A stretch of DNA of 64,000 nucleotides from a virus: positions 18,757 through 82,756 of IMG/VR virus record IMGVR_UViG_3300032006_000003. One strand, given 5' to 3'. Below the pieces are notes generated by a model, which was not told the DNA's origin, did not search any database, and saw only the letters and a list, made by a program, of their open reading frames with translations. Both the position numbers and the translations under genes were made by a program. Numbering within the stretch: the stretch's first letter is position 1; each line of letters starts with the position of its first letter. Of this stretch, positions 8,809-17,451 are shown in pieces.

Positions 8809-10209
8809 TTAAGCGTTTAAGTCGCCTATCTTCGCCTGTACGAAGAAGTTCCTGCATCGCATCTCACCCATTGTATAGAGTAGACCCCTAATTACCAGCT
8901 GGTTTGCAGCAAAGTAGTCACGGTTCTCAATATACTGAGTCGGCTGTGCAATCGCAATCTCCAAATAATCGGTGTCTAGAACGTATACGTTTGACCCCAA
9001 TGTATTATAAGGTGAAGCTACTGCTACGGACTTTGGAACGTCCGCATCTGGTAGAATCGGGATGCCCATATAGGTAGCAAGAATCAGACCTGTTCGAGTA
9101 CCGGGAAAGGTTCTCTCAGAGCCGACACCAACCTGATACTCTTCCTGTCCCATATACCTTTGCTGCGAGTTTAGAAGTCTCTCTAGCTTAAAGTACTGGT
9201 CATGTCCAAGAAGAATAAGTTTGGGTTCACCACCATTCTCCCTAATCTTCTGAATACAAGTATCCAAAGCGTTCAGGGATAGGTCACGCCCTACACCAGC
9301 GTTATAATCAACGTTTGCTGCCGCATTCCATGCACCCGCAGTTCGGGCATATGTTACGTCATAAGCTTTTGGTCCGTTTCCAGCACCTGAAGTAGGCCAT
9401 GTTACACCATTGCTTATTCCGTCTGCTTCAACAACATCGTCAATAGAAGTTATTCCAGCCCTTGAATAGGCGAAAAGAATATCGCCTGCGGCTGACTGCT
9501 TAGAGTTTGTCCACGCACCATGTGTAAAGGTAGCCTGTGAAGAGGCTATGGAACGGTCCGTAATTTTAGTTGCTGTTTCAGTAGCAGGACCGTTAGTATC
9601 CAACAAAGAAATAACGTCACCAATGTGAAAGTCATTCTGTGCTGCTTCGTGAATCTTACTCGTTGTGGTTGCACCACCAGCAGCAACGGCTACGTGCCTA
9701 GAAGCTGATAGTAGTTCCTCGTTAATTTCTTTCATGTGGTCTAGTTGAGAGTTCTCATTCTCCAGAGCCAGCACATCTCCGATACCGCCTTCCAACTGTG
9801 CCGTGAAGACTGACTTCACCGAAGCACCGAAGGTCGTAGCGACTATTCGGGGTAGGCTGGAAACTGGCTCAATGTTCGACACATCGACTGCGGGAAGCGT
9901 TCCTGCTTCCTCTACAGGTCGGCTGCGAAGCGAACCCCTATCTGTCCTTACCCTCCAACCAGCTGTATTGCCCCATACTACACGGGGTACAGCGTTGAAG
10001 AAACGGGTCTGGTTGTTAAGTGCTTGCCAGACTTTCCGTCCGTAGGTGGTTGTGAAGATAGATGCCGTTGAACTTGCGTCACCAGCCGTGCCAGTACCAA
10101 ACGCCGTTCCACTAAAGTTATCCTTCTTCAACATTCCATCGCCGAATATGGACTGATATAGACCCCTCTGGGACTGCGAAATATATTCGCTTAGTGATGG
10201 GTTAGCCAT
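8809..10209 (-). CDS. Major capsid protein (HK97 fold) with internal insertion domain
   Basis: 466 aa after scaffold; YGRKVWQALN, YMGIPILPD, VYVLDTDYL and C-terminal AKIGDL resemble HK97-fold capsids. Confidence 0.85.
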   Translation of the reverse strand: MANPSLSEYISQSQRGLYQSIFGDGMLKKDNFSGTAFGTGTAGDASSTASIFTTTYGRKVWQALNNQTRFFNAVPRVVWGNTAGWRVRTDRGSLRSRPVEEAGTLPAVDVSNIEPVSSLPRIVATTFGASVKSVFTAQLEGGIGDVLALENENSQLDHMKEINEELLSASRHVAVAAGGATTTSKIHEAAQNDFHIGDVISLLDTNGPATETATKITDRSIASSQATFTHGAWTNSKQSAAGDILFAYSRAGITSIDDVVEADGISNGVTWPTSGAGNGPKAYDVTYARTAGAWNAAANVDYNAGVGRDLSLNALDTCIQKIRENGGEPKLILLGHDQYFKLERLLNSQQRYMGQEEYQVGVGSERTFPGTRTGLILATYMGIPILPDADVPKSVAVASPYNTLGSNVYVLDTDYLEIAIAQPTQYIENRDYFAANQLVIRGLLYTMGEMRCRNFFVQAKIGDLNA

Positions 10210-10238
10210 ATCATTTCCTCCTGATTAATCTTAATAAT

Positions 10239-11072
10239 TTATCCTAATAGTTCTCTAGGAACACCATCGGTATCCCCTGTCTCAATAGCAATCTGCATAT
10301 CTCGAAGTTGCTTATATGAGAGTTCTGTCAACTGGTCTACTACCGCATCGCCTGAACTGTCGGCTGACTTAGTAAGAGGTGTTGCACCATCAATACCAAA
10401 TCCGTCGTAGTTTATTGTCGTGGGTCGTTGTAGACTAGTCTCTTCCTTAAAGCCCATCTTTCGTAGTCGAGCCTCAGTTTCTCTCTGTACAGCTTTCTCA
10501 ATAGAATTATTGGTACTTACCGCTTTAGTCAAGTTCATAATCTGCTTCTGCATGTTCTCTAACTTTCCATAATATCCACTTTCGATATTCTCTTCTGATC
10601 CTTCGTCGTCATCTTCCTCTTCGTCCATATCCATATCTTCATATTCCTTTGCCAAATTCTGTAGCTGTAGCTGCATAGCCTGTATTGTATGCTGTACATT
10701 TTCTGTCTTGGAATCAATTGTTACAGGGGATTCTGAATCATCTGCATCCGCTCCACCTGTATCACTTGGTCCTTCTGCCTTCGCCTTTGTTTCAGGGTCA
10801 GGGCTGACATCCATCCCAGCATCACCATCATACTGACTTGCTTTGAAAATGTTAGCAACTTCGTTAGTTACTGCTTTAATAAGCAGGGCTTTCTCCATTG
10901 CAGCATTTTCCATTTCTTCCTCTTCCTCTCTTTTCTCAGCATCTTCGGCATCATCTTCTTCAGCCTTCTTTAGTCGGGAATCCATTTTTTGCAAAACTTC
11001 TGCCACGGCAGCCATCGCAAGACCATTGCCTTCCATCTGCTTCTCAATTCGATCTAGAATTGCATCGTCCAT
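10239..11072 (-). CDS. Capsid scaffolding protein
   Basis: Acidic, coiled-coil 277-aa protein directly upstream of the capsid gene. Confidence 0.75.
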   Translation of the reverse strand: MDDAILDRIEKQMEGNGLAMAAVAEVLQKMDSRLKKAEEDDAEDAEKREEEEEMENAAMEKALLIKAVTNEVANIFKASQYDGDAGMDVSPDPETKAKAEGPSDTGGADADDSESPVTIDSKTENVQHTIQAMQLQLQNLAKEYEDMDMDEEEDDDEGSEENIESGYYGKLENMQKQIMNLTKAVSTNNSIEKAVQRETEARLRKMGFKEETSLQRPTTINYDGFGIDGATPLTKSADSSGDAVVDQLTELSYKQLRDMQIAIETGDTDGVPRELLG

Positions 11073-11096
11073 TCCATTACCTCCTTAATTGCATTT

Positions 11097-11128
11097 AGAA
11101 GGTTGGTCTAAGCCACCTCCGACCTTCT
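11097..11128 (-). promoter_or_regulatory. Leader hairpin upstream of the scaffold RBS
   Basis: AGAAGGTCGG-N12-CCAACCTTCT inverted repeat between the promoter motif and the AAGGAGG SD. Confidence 0.5.
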
Positions 11129-11155
11129 TATAAAATAGTGAACTTCTCACATAAA

Positions 11156-11164
11156 TATTATACT
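11156..11164 (-). promoter_or_regulatory. AGTATAATA promoter-like -10 motif for the scaffold/capsid operon
   Basis: Same motif at 3915-3923, 17001-17009, 19177-19185, 42749-42757, 51419-51427 and 60853-60861; variants at 11873-11881 and 44675-44683. Confidence 0.65.
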
Positions 11165-11193
11165 AACGTTCTACAAAAAACCTACGTTTTATA

Positions 11194-11403
11194 TTAAGAA
11201 TCAGAAACCGTAGTCTTTGTAGTTACATATTGTAACATTTCGTTACGAAAATCATATAAAGGAACTTGGATTAACTTCTTAAACTTTTCACATTGAGTCC
11301 CTTCAGGAAGGGAAACTTCTACTAAATCTAATACTTTACCTACCATTCGTGAATGACGGGCTAAAATATATTCTTGCTCTGCGGTTACTTTACTTACATC
11401 CAT
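11194..11403 (-). CDS. Hypothetical protein
   Basis: 69-aa ORF with GGAG SD. Confidence 0.6.
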   Translation of the reverse strand: MDVSKVTAEQEYILARHSRMVGKVLDLVEVSLPEGTQCEKFKKLIQVPLYDFRNEMLQYVTTKTTVSDS

Positions 11404-11415
11404 AATTCCTACTCC

Positions 11416-11868
11416 TTACATTCTCCTATTTCGTCGCATGACATTCTCAACTGCTGTGTCAATAACATCATCAATAAACGGATTCTTAAATACCATAACT
11501 TGTTTTTCTTTCTCTACGGGAGTTAATTGTTCGTCAAGTGTTGGCTGTTCTTGCTGTCGTGTATGCTGCCTAACTTGTTCTACACCTCCTGTTTTTCCTC
11601 GTCTACGATAAGATCGTATTCGTTTTGGAATTAAACGAGAGACAAAAGAAGGTTCGACTACTTCTTCTGTAACCGTATCGAACCCTCCCGACTCTCGGAT
11701 ATCTACAGCCTCATGTGCATCAGGAAAAAGAATCTTATCTATATAGATTCCTTCCCCTCGTTGTCGCCATTTTCCCTGCGCTTCTGGGGGCGATTGAGCA
11801 TTAAGGAGGGCATAAATTTCCTCCTGAACCTCTTTCTGTAGTTTTCCAATCATATCTTGTACACTCAT
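11416..11868 (-). CDS. Hypothetical protein
   Basis: 150-aa ORF with basic RSYRRRGKTGGVEQVRQHTR segment. Confidence 0.6.
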   Translation of the reverse strand: MSVQDMIGKLQKEVQEEIYALLNAQSPPEAQGKWRQRGEGIYIDKILFPDAHEAVDIRESGGFDTVTEEVVEPSFVSRLIPKRIRSYRRRGKTGGVEQVRQHTRQQEQPTLDEQLTPVEKEKQVMVFKNPFIDDVIDTAVENVMRRNRRM

Positions 11869-11874
11869 ATTTAA

Positions 11875-13122
11875 TTATACTTGAATTCCTGAATTTATCC
11901 ACACATCATCTAATGTATCATTAAAGGTTTTATTAGACTCATCATACCTATTTAAATAAATTACTTCTTTTCCTACATAACCATGTTCAGGATGCCAATA
12001 CGTAGCTAAATGTTTTGGTGGTGAATAAACAATTAGCTTCTGTAAAGCATATTCATCACCTCCTTTCATCGTGCCACATATATGTACTTCACCTGTCCCA
12101 ATATCAAATTCATCAATACGATGAAAGTGTCCCATCATTACAGAATCAAAACCATAATGTAAAACATTACGGAAATTAGAAACTATTCTAAGGATAGATG
12201 TTCCTACTCCTGCTCCCGGAACTGAATCTCCATGCATTATTAATACGGTTTTGTTTCCTGCTTGAAATGAATTTACAAACCCTTTAGGAATATCAAAGGT
12301 AATGTTTGACTGTTCCCTACAAAAAGCTGCTACCCATTGGTATAACATGTAATCCCAATCCATATACTTATCTTTCATAGGAGGTTTCCTTGTCATACGT
12401 CCGTGGTTACCTACTACACAAGGAACATGAATCGTTTGAAAATTCCCTGCTAGGAACATCAATGCTTGAGCCACTAAGTTGGCTCCCCTAATCATTTGCC
12501 CCATACAATTATCAATATTGGTACGGGCTAACTCCTCATGAATATCTCCACTAATCATATCTCCCAACATTGGAACAACTAGGTCGTCAATAGGAGCGAA
12601 GTTTCTACGAAGTTCTACTAGTTCTAATAGCTGATTTGCCCACCCGTATAATCTTTTATTGAAGATATCAATATTATATTCATTTAATCCGACCATTTGG
12701 GCTTCTTCAACCCTATCTCCAATGTGCAAATCCGTAAGTGGAGCAACGACCGTTTGCGGTTTATGTGACCCATTACGAGGTTTATACTTAGGTATTGACA
12801 CAGCTTTAATGGCAGGAGCCATATTCTGTATTGTATCAATAATAAGTTCTTTCTTAGCCGTTTGCTTAATCGACTGTTCATAAAGTTTTTTCCAATAAGA
12901 AGCTTCTGCTTTAAAGGTTTGTGACTTCTTATCTAAATCTACTTGCTCATCAGTCTCTAAAGAAAATCTGTCTGAGTATGCCCATTTGTCGTGACAACGT
13001 TGAACGGTCGTCCGATGAACGTCGAGGCCAAATCTTTCCCTTAGTCTTTGGGCTATCCCCGTCCATGTTTGTCCAGCTTTCCGTAGTCTTAGTATCTCTT
13101 CTCTCGCCTGTTCTGGTATCAT
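11875..13122 (-). CDS. N-terminal HTH plus calcineurin-like metallophosphoesterase
   Basis: Metallophosphoesterase motifs DLH, GD, GNH, HGD and GHFH; HTH-like N-terminus. Confidence 0.85.
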   Translation of the reverse strand: MIPEQAREEILRLRKAGQTWTGIAQRLRERFGLDVHRTTVQRCHDKWAYSDRFSLETDEQVDLDKKSQTFKAEASYWKKLYEQSIKQTAKKELIIDTIQNMAPAIKAVSIPKYKPRNGSHKPQTVVAPLTDLHIGDRVEEAQMVGLNEYNIDIFNKRLYGWANQLLELVELRRNFAPIDDLVVPMLGDMISGDIHEELARTNIDNCMGQMIRGANLVAQALMFLAGNFQTIHVPCVVGNHGRMTRKPPMKDKYMDWDYMLYQWVAAFCREQSNITFDIPKGFVNSFQAGNKTVLIMHGDSVPGAGVGTSILRIVSNFRNVLHYGFDSVMMGHFHRIDEFDIGTGEVHICGTMKGGDEYALQKLIVYSPPKHLATYWHPEHGYVGKEVIYLNRYDESNKTFNDTLDDVWINSGIQV

Positions 13123-13243
13123 TTCCTCTCCTTATATGTAAATAAACTACTTTTCCACAATCTACGCATCCTAAATCTTGATCAGTATTCATGTACATTG
13201 CCCCATTACATTTAGGACACGACTTTAAAAATAGCTTACTCAT
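12950..13243 (-). CDS. Small zinc-ribbon protein
   Basis: KSCPKCNGAM..CVDCG; ATGA overlap with upstream gene; 3' end overlaps the next gene. Confidence 0.55.
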   Translation of the reverse strand: MSKLFLKSCPKCNGAMYMNTDQDLGCVDCGKVVYLHIRRGNDTRTGERRDTKTTESWTNMDGDSPKTKGKIWPRRSSDDRSTLSRQMGILRQIFFRD

Positions 13244-14547
13244 AACTTCTTTGTCAATAGAAAATCTCTAAACCATTGTGCCGTACTCTGTTCTTGTGCT
13301 TTTCTCACAGTTTTTTCTACCTCCTTCTCATCTAATAAAATATCTTCTGGTAATTCCTTCTCCTTATCAAGATCACCCCCTCTTACTAAAGCGTCATTAT
13401 TCTGAAGATTAAATCCTTTTTCCATTGATTGTACATATCCTCCTATTGAAGCTGCTGCTTCTAATGGTGGTTCAACTACACTTTCTGAATCTTGTTTATC
13501 TCTTCGTCTTTTTTCTTGTACTTTATTAACGAAGTCATTTTGTTTTACATCTGTATTTAAAGGCTTATCACCTTTTCGTTCAATATACTTTGGTATTTTA
13601 TCACCCGTTCCTTGACGAGGTTGAACAACTGTTAACGTATGTGGTGCGCCTCCGCCAACTGTATCAGCTTTCTCCATCGCTTGAAAATTATTACCACTCT
13701 GGGCTGGCATTTCTAAAGTGGCTCCTGATTTAATATATCCTTTCTGTTTTTTTGGTATTTGCTGCGCCCCTACCTTTTCATCTGCATCATTCATTTCAGC
13801 CCCAGCCCGTCCTGATTCCATTAATCCCGCCATCCCCATATTATGAGCAACTGGATTAGTAGGTACGCTGTTCTCTGTTTTAGGCGTGTCTTCTGATCCT
13901 TCTCCTTGTAAAGAATCAGCTGGACGTAATCGTTGATGTGGGTTTAAACTATAGTCATCGTAATGCGAAGGAGCATTATGATTCTTTTTAAGTTCGGTTC
14001 GAGCAAATTGTACTAGGTCATAGACAAAAGATTTATCGAGGTTTTGTACCGTTGCGTGAGAATGGTCTGGTGTTGTACTCATACCAACACTACTCGTTCC
14101 CATCCCGGTCGTGATCACCCCCTTTCGTCGATTAGATTTGATTTCAGTATATGGTTCCCCATATGCCTTGTCAAGGGATTTAGTAGGGGAAAAGTCCCTA
14201 AGAAATGCATCGACTCTCTCAATACCACTTTTCTCTTTAACCTTCTTTTTATCATTATCAAAGGCTTCATCTGCATCCTCAGTACTTGTAAAAACAATAT
14301 CATCATCTAAGTCTTTTCGTAACTTCTTTTTCTTTGGAAACGTTGAACCGTATGTCGTTGTTGAAACATCCGCAGATGTAAACCCTCCAATGGCTCCGCC
14401 GCCTCCGTCCCCTTCTTTCATAAAATCAATAAATTTTTCATAGCCCGATGCGTGGGCAGCTTGTGAAACCTCCTCTGCTTTTTTACGTGAATTAAACGGA
14501 CCCTTACTTCCCCAATACCATCCATCACTCTTCTTACTAATCGGCAT
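13240..14547 (-). CDS. Putative head-associated/internal protein
   Basis: 435 aa directly after the portal; N-terminal MPISKKSDGWYWGSKG..ASGY; many LDK/MEK motifs. Confidence 0.6.
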   Translation of the reverse strand: MPISKKSDGWYWGSKGPFNSRKKAEEVSQAAHASGYEKFIDFMKEGDGGGGAIGGFTSADVSTTTYGSTFPKKKKLRKDLDDDIVFTSTEDADEAFDNDKKKVKEKSGIERVDAFLRDFSPTKSLDKAYGEPYTEIKSNRRKGVITTGMGTSSVGMSTTPDHSHATVQNLDKSFVYDLVQFARTELKKNHNAPSHYDDYSLNPHQRLRPADSLQGEGSEDTPKTENSVPTNPVAHNMGMAGLMESGRAGAEMNDADEKVGAQQIPKKQKGYIKSGATLEMPAQSGNNFQAMEKADTVGGGAPHTLTVVQPRQGTGDKIPKYIERKGDKPLNTDVKQNDFVNKVQEKRRRDKQDSESVVEPPLEAAASIGGYVQSMEKGFNLQNNDALVRGGDLDKEKELPEDILLDEKEVEKTVRKAQEQSTAQWFRDFLLTKKL

Positions 14548-16534
14548 TGTCTACTTCCTTATCTACTTCCTCTCTAGTATTACCGACTTGAGAAGGGTTA
14601 TAACTAATCTTAGGAGTATCTATAGTATTCTTAAAGGTTGCTTTTTCTACCCCTAGAATACCCGCACTTCCTAATGTAGCTGTATAATCTACCCCTTCAT
14701 TTACAAACCATAATTGTTTACCATCAGAAGTCATATCTTTTAGAATAGGGGCAACATAACCTCGACCAGTTAAGTCTTCAATCCATGACTTATTCATTAA
14801 GGTTAATTCATTGTTCTTATTGCGTCCTTCAGCGAACTCATCAATATCTCTTTCCTCGAAAGGAGATTTGTCATGCCAATCAGGAGTTCGTCCTGCGAAG
14901 CGTCCACCAAACTTCTTTGCATCTTTTCCTAATGACATATTCTGTAAAGGTATCTGTGGGGCAGGCTCTGATCCGGGTCCTTCACCACCTCCCGGTGCGG
15001 CTCCTGTATTACCGGGGGCTGGATTAACTCCTGTCATTCCCGGTACATTAGCTTGTTGTTGGGCTAATTGGGCTTCCATAGCTTCTTCTTGCATCCTCAT
15101 TTGCTGTACGCCCAATGCCATTTGTTCCCCTTGCATCTCCGCCATTGGAACAGCTTGACCGCCAATAATAAATTCTGCCTGATCTAGTGGTACATCATCC
15201 TCTTTAAGAGAGACTTGATAACCTAATTGTAAGTACATAGCGGCTACTTGCGCCCTTTGCTGGGCAAAGCTAATGCGAGTAGCTTCTGCTTTCTCTTCAG
15301 GGTTTTCCAAATGTATTTCATAATCTGTTATGCCAAAAGCTTCAAGAATTAAAGGGAAGACTTTTTCATGGAAGATTCGTTGATCTCCTTCTACTACACG
15401 ACTCATAACAACTAACTGTTGAGTCTGTGTTGATAATCCACCGAATGCTTCTGGTGCGCCTTGCCATGCTGGAGTTACACCCCACATAGCTGCAATACGT
15501 TCTCGTATTTCATTACGTACTGGAAGATAATCCATCTCTTGTAAAGTATGGAATAGTCTAAGTAGTTCTACTCTACCCCTTTGATTCCTAGAAGAGACAG
15601 CAACCATCGGTACATAGTTAGGGTCTTGCCGTGTCTGAGCCGTAATGTTTTCACGTTCTCGTCGCAGACTTTCAGGATCGTCTGTATAGACCATCATCAT
15701 TGCCGCAGGCATTTTTCTCTCAAAGAAATAACGAAATAGGTTTTTATCCATACCAATTAAGGTTAATGCTTTTTCAAAGATTGTTAGGATAGGACTCCAT
15801 CCATATGTTTCTGAAGGAGTAAATTTAGAACTATGAACTATTTCGGCATCGAACATATAAATGTGCTTATTCCGATGATAGTACTTATACATGACAGGGC
15901 GAAGATCGACTTCACAATCTTCTTCTTGGCAGTTTCCGGGTTCCTCATGGACTTCTTCTCTGTGTATTGGACACATAAAATGTGCGTTCTTAGGTAAGCC
16001 AGCTGCGTCAAGATCGAATTCGACAAGGGCTGGATTAAGTCTTCGGACTTCTTTAACTTTTGATCTGATGGTTCCATCATCGCCTGCCTTATACTCTTTA
16101 GCTAAGTATAAAAATCCGTCATCAATAGAATTTATATCGAAATGAAACTGTCTTAATACTTCTTCAAAGCTTTGATCAAATACATTACAGTCATCTAAGA
16201 AAGCTTTTAATCTATCTAACTGTTCTGTATCAGGGTCTTCGACTGTGGGTTTAAAGATTATCCCCCTACGAAAAACCTCATTAGTTATATGTTGAAGTGG
16301 TCCTCTAATCTCTTCTACTGAAAAAGCTACCATCTGTAAGTCCATTACCAATTGTTGGCGATACGCCATTTGGTGACGTACCCATGTATTAACAATATGA
16401 TCAAGACCTATAGTTGGTGCTTGTCCTATATCCCCTGCCGATTTCATTAAATCTAATTGATTTAATTGATTAGTTAGCTGAACCATTTGGTCAGCCATAT
16501 GGGGGACTTCAGGTAAGTATTCTGATAATCTCAT
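14537..16534 (-). CDS. Portal protein
   Basis: 665 aa; YGWSPI, NLFRYF and ERIAAMWGVTP portal-type motifs; low-complexity C-terminal extension. Confidence 0.85.
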   Translation of the reverse strand: MRLSEYLPEVPHMADQMVQLTNQLNQLDLMKSAGDIGQAPTIGLDHIVNTWVRHQMAYRQQLVMDLQMVAFSVEEIRGPLQHITNEVFRRGIIFKPTVEDPDTEQLDRLKAFLDDCNVFDQSFEEVLRQFHFDINSIDDGFLYLAKEYKAGDDGTIRSKVKEVRRLNPALVEFDLDAAGLPKNAHFMCPIHREEVHEEPGNCQEEDCEVDLRPVMYKYYHRNKHIYMFDAEIVHSSKFTPSETYGWSPILTIFEKALTLIGMDKNLFRYFFERKMPAAMMMVYTDDPESLRRERENITAQTRQDPNYVPMVAVSSRNQRGRVELLRLFHTLQEMDYLPVRNEIRERIAAMWGVTPAWQGAPEAFGGLSTQTQQLVVMSRVVEGDQRIFHEKVFPLILEAFGITDYEIHLENPEEKAEATRISFAQQRAQVAAMYLQLGYQVSLKEDDVPLDQAEFIIGGQAVPMAEMQGEQMALGVQQMRMQEEAMEAQLAQQQANVPGMTGVNPAPGNTGAAPGGGEGPGSEPAPQIPLQNMSLGKDAKKFGGRFAGRTPDWHDKSPFEERDIDEFAEGRNKNNELTLMNKSWIEDLTGRGYVAPILKDMTSDGKQLWFVNEGVDYTATLGSAGILGVEKATFKNTIDTPKISYNPSQVGNTREEVDKEVDNAD

Positions 16535-16537
16535 ACA

Positions 16538-16981
16538 CTATTCCCTCTCGGTTAAATTAGTCATATCTGACATTGAAACCAGTTTAACAATATTATTCAT
16601 AGCTTTTTCTTTTAGTTCATAATCTTCTGATCTTTGAACCTTACGAATTGTTATAGCATTCGTTTCTTTTAGATCAGCAATTTCTTGTCGTAACTGGATA
16701 ATTGTATCATCTTTCTCCTGTGTTACATCTTCTAGTAGTCCTTCTTCTCCTTCAAAGGATGCATTTTGAAGTACACCCATTCTGGCTGCTTCTCGTATTA
16801 ACGAGATAAAAGCCCCCTCAGTTAAAATTGTTACTGCGGGATTATCATCTTCGATATCATCATCAGGACCTACTTGGGTTAAAGCCTCGTGCCATGTATC
16901 CAAAATCCGCCATGTTGATGTTGTATCATCCCTATGAGCAACATACTGCTGTTCTCGTCCACGTAAAATATTACCTAACAT
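16538..16981 (-). CDS. Hypothetical protein
   Basis: 147-aa ORF; GAGGT SD; AGTATAATA motif upstream. Confidence 0.6.
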   Translation of the reverse strand: MLGNILRGREQQYVAHRDDTTSTWRILDTWHEALTQVGPDDDIEDDNPAVTILTEGAFISLIREAARMGVLQNASFEGEEGLLEDVTQEKDDTIIQLRQEIADLKETNAITIRKVQRSEDYELKEKAMNNIVKLVSMSDMTNLTERE

Positions 16982-17007
16982 ACTTACCTCTACTTTATTC
17001 TATTATA

Positions 17008-17238
17008 CTACTTGCTTAAAGCTTTCTCCAATTTACCCGGAGCAAACCCCGCAATCATATCTGTTCCTATAACTGTAACTGGTGTAACTCTAAAACCCAT
17101 CCGTACTAAATCTTCTGCGTAATCAGCATTTTCTGAAATATTATATTCAGTAAATTCATGTCCGTTCTTTTTCAACCAAGACTTGGTTGCTGTACAAGGA
17201 CCTCAACCACTACTCGTGAATACTTTAATATCAGCCAC
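17008..17238 (-). CDS. Selenocysteine-containing glutaredoxin/NrdH-like redoxin (UGPC active site); not in ORF track
   Basis: GTG start after GGAGG; MADIKVFTSSG-U(TGA 17205-17203)-GPCTATKSWLKKNGHEFTEYNISENADYAEDLVRMGFRVTPVTVIGTDMIAGFAPGKLEKALSK; NrdH-type cis-Pro (TPV) and GF motifs. Confidence 0.85.
17173..17189 (-). promoter_or_regulatory. Putative bacterial-type SECIS hairpin
   Basis: CAACCA-AGTCT-TGGTTG perfect stem starting 13 nt after the in-frame TGA; GU in the apical loop. Confidence 0.7.
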
Positions 17239-17341
17239 CTTCCCTCCTTTGTTTACGTTCACAAACATAACATATCTTATGCCCTTTCTTAATACTTAGT
17301 TTAACACCACATTTACATTTTGACCAATTACGTCTAGCCAT
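17231..17341 (-). CDS. Small basic Cys-rich peptide (36 aa); not in ORF track
   Basis: MARRNWSKCKCGVKLSIKKGHKICYVCERKQRREGG; GGAG SD; overlaps the start of the redoxin. Confidence 0.55.
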   Translation of the reverse strand: MARRNWSKCKCGVKLSIKKGHKICYVCERKQRREGG

Positions 17342-17441
17342 TTATCACTCCTATTATTCCTACTCCTACTAATCCTATAATTGATATGAGAACTAATAAT
17401 TGTATTACTAGCCCCCATAACTCTGGGTTCTTCCACCACAT
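17334..17441 (-). CDS. Single-TM micropeptide (35 aa); not in ORF track
   Basis: MWWKNPELWGLVIQLLVLISIIGLVGVGIIGVING; AAGGTGA SD. Confidence 0.5.
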   Translation of the reverse strand: MWWKNPELWGLVIQLLVLISIIGLVGVGIIGVING

Positions 17442-17451
17442 ATTCTCACCT

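Noticed and set aside
17203-17205. Genome-wide TGA reassignment (code 4 or 25) as the explanation for the in-frame TGA
   Set aside because: TGA terminates other genes, including at ATGA overlaps, and long ORFs are intact under code 11
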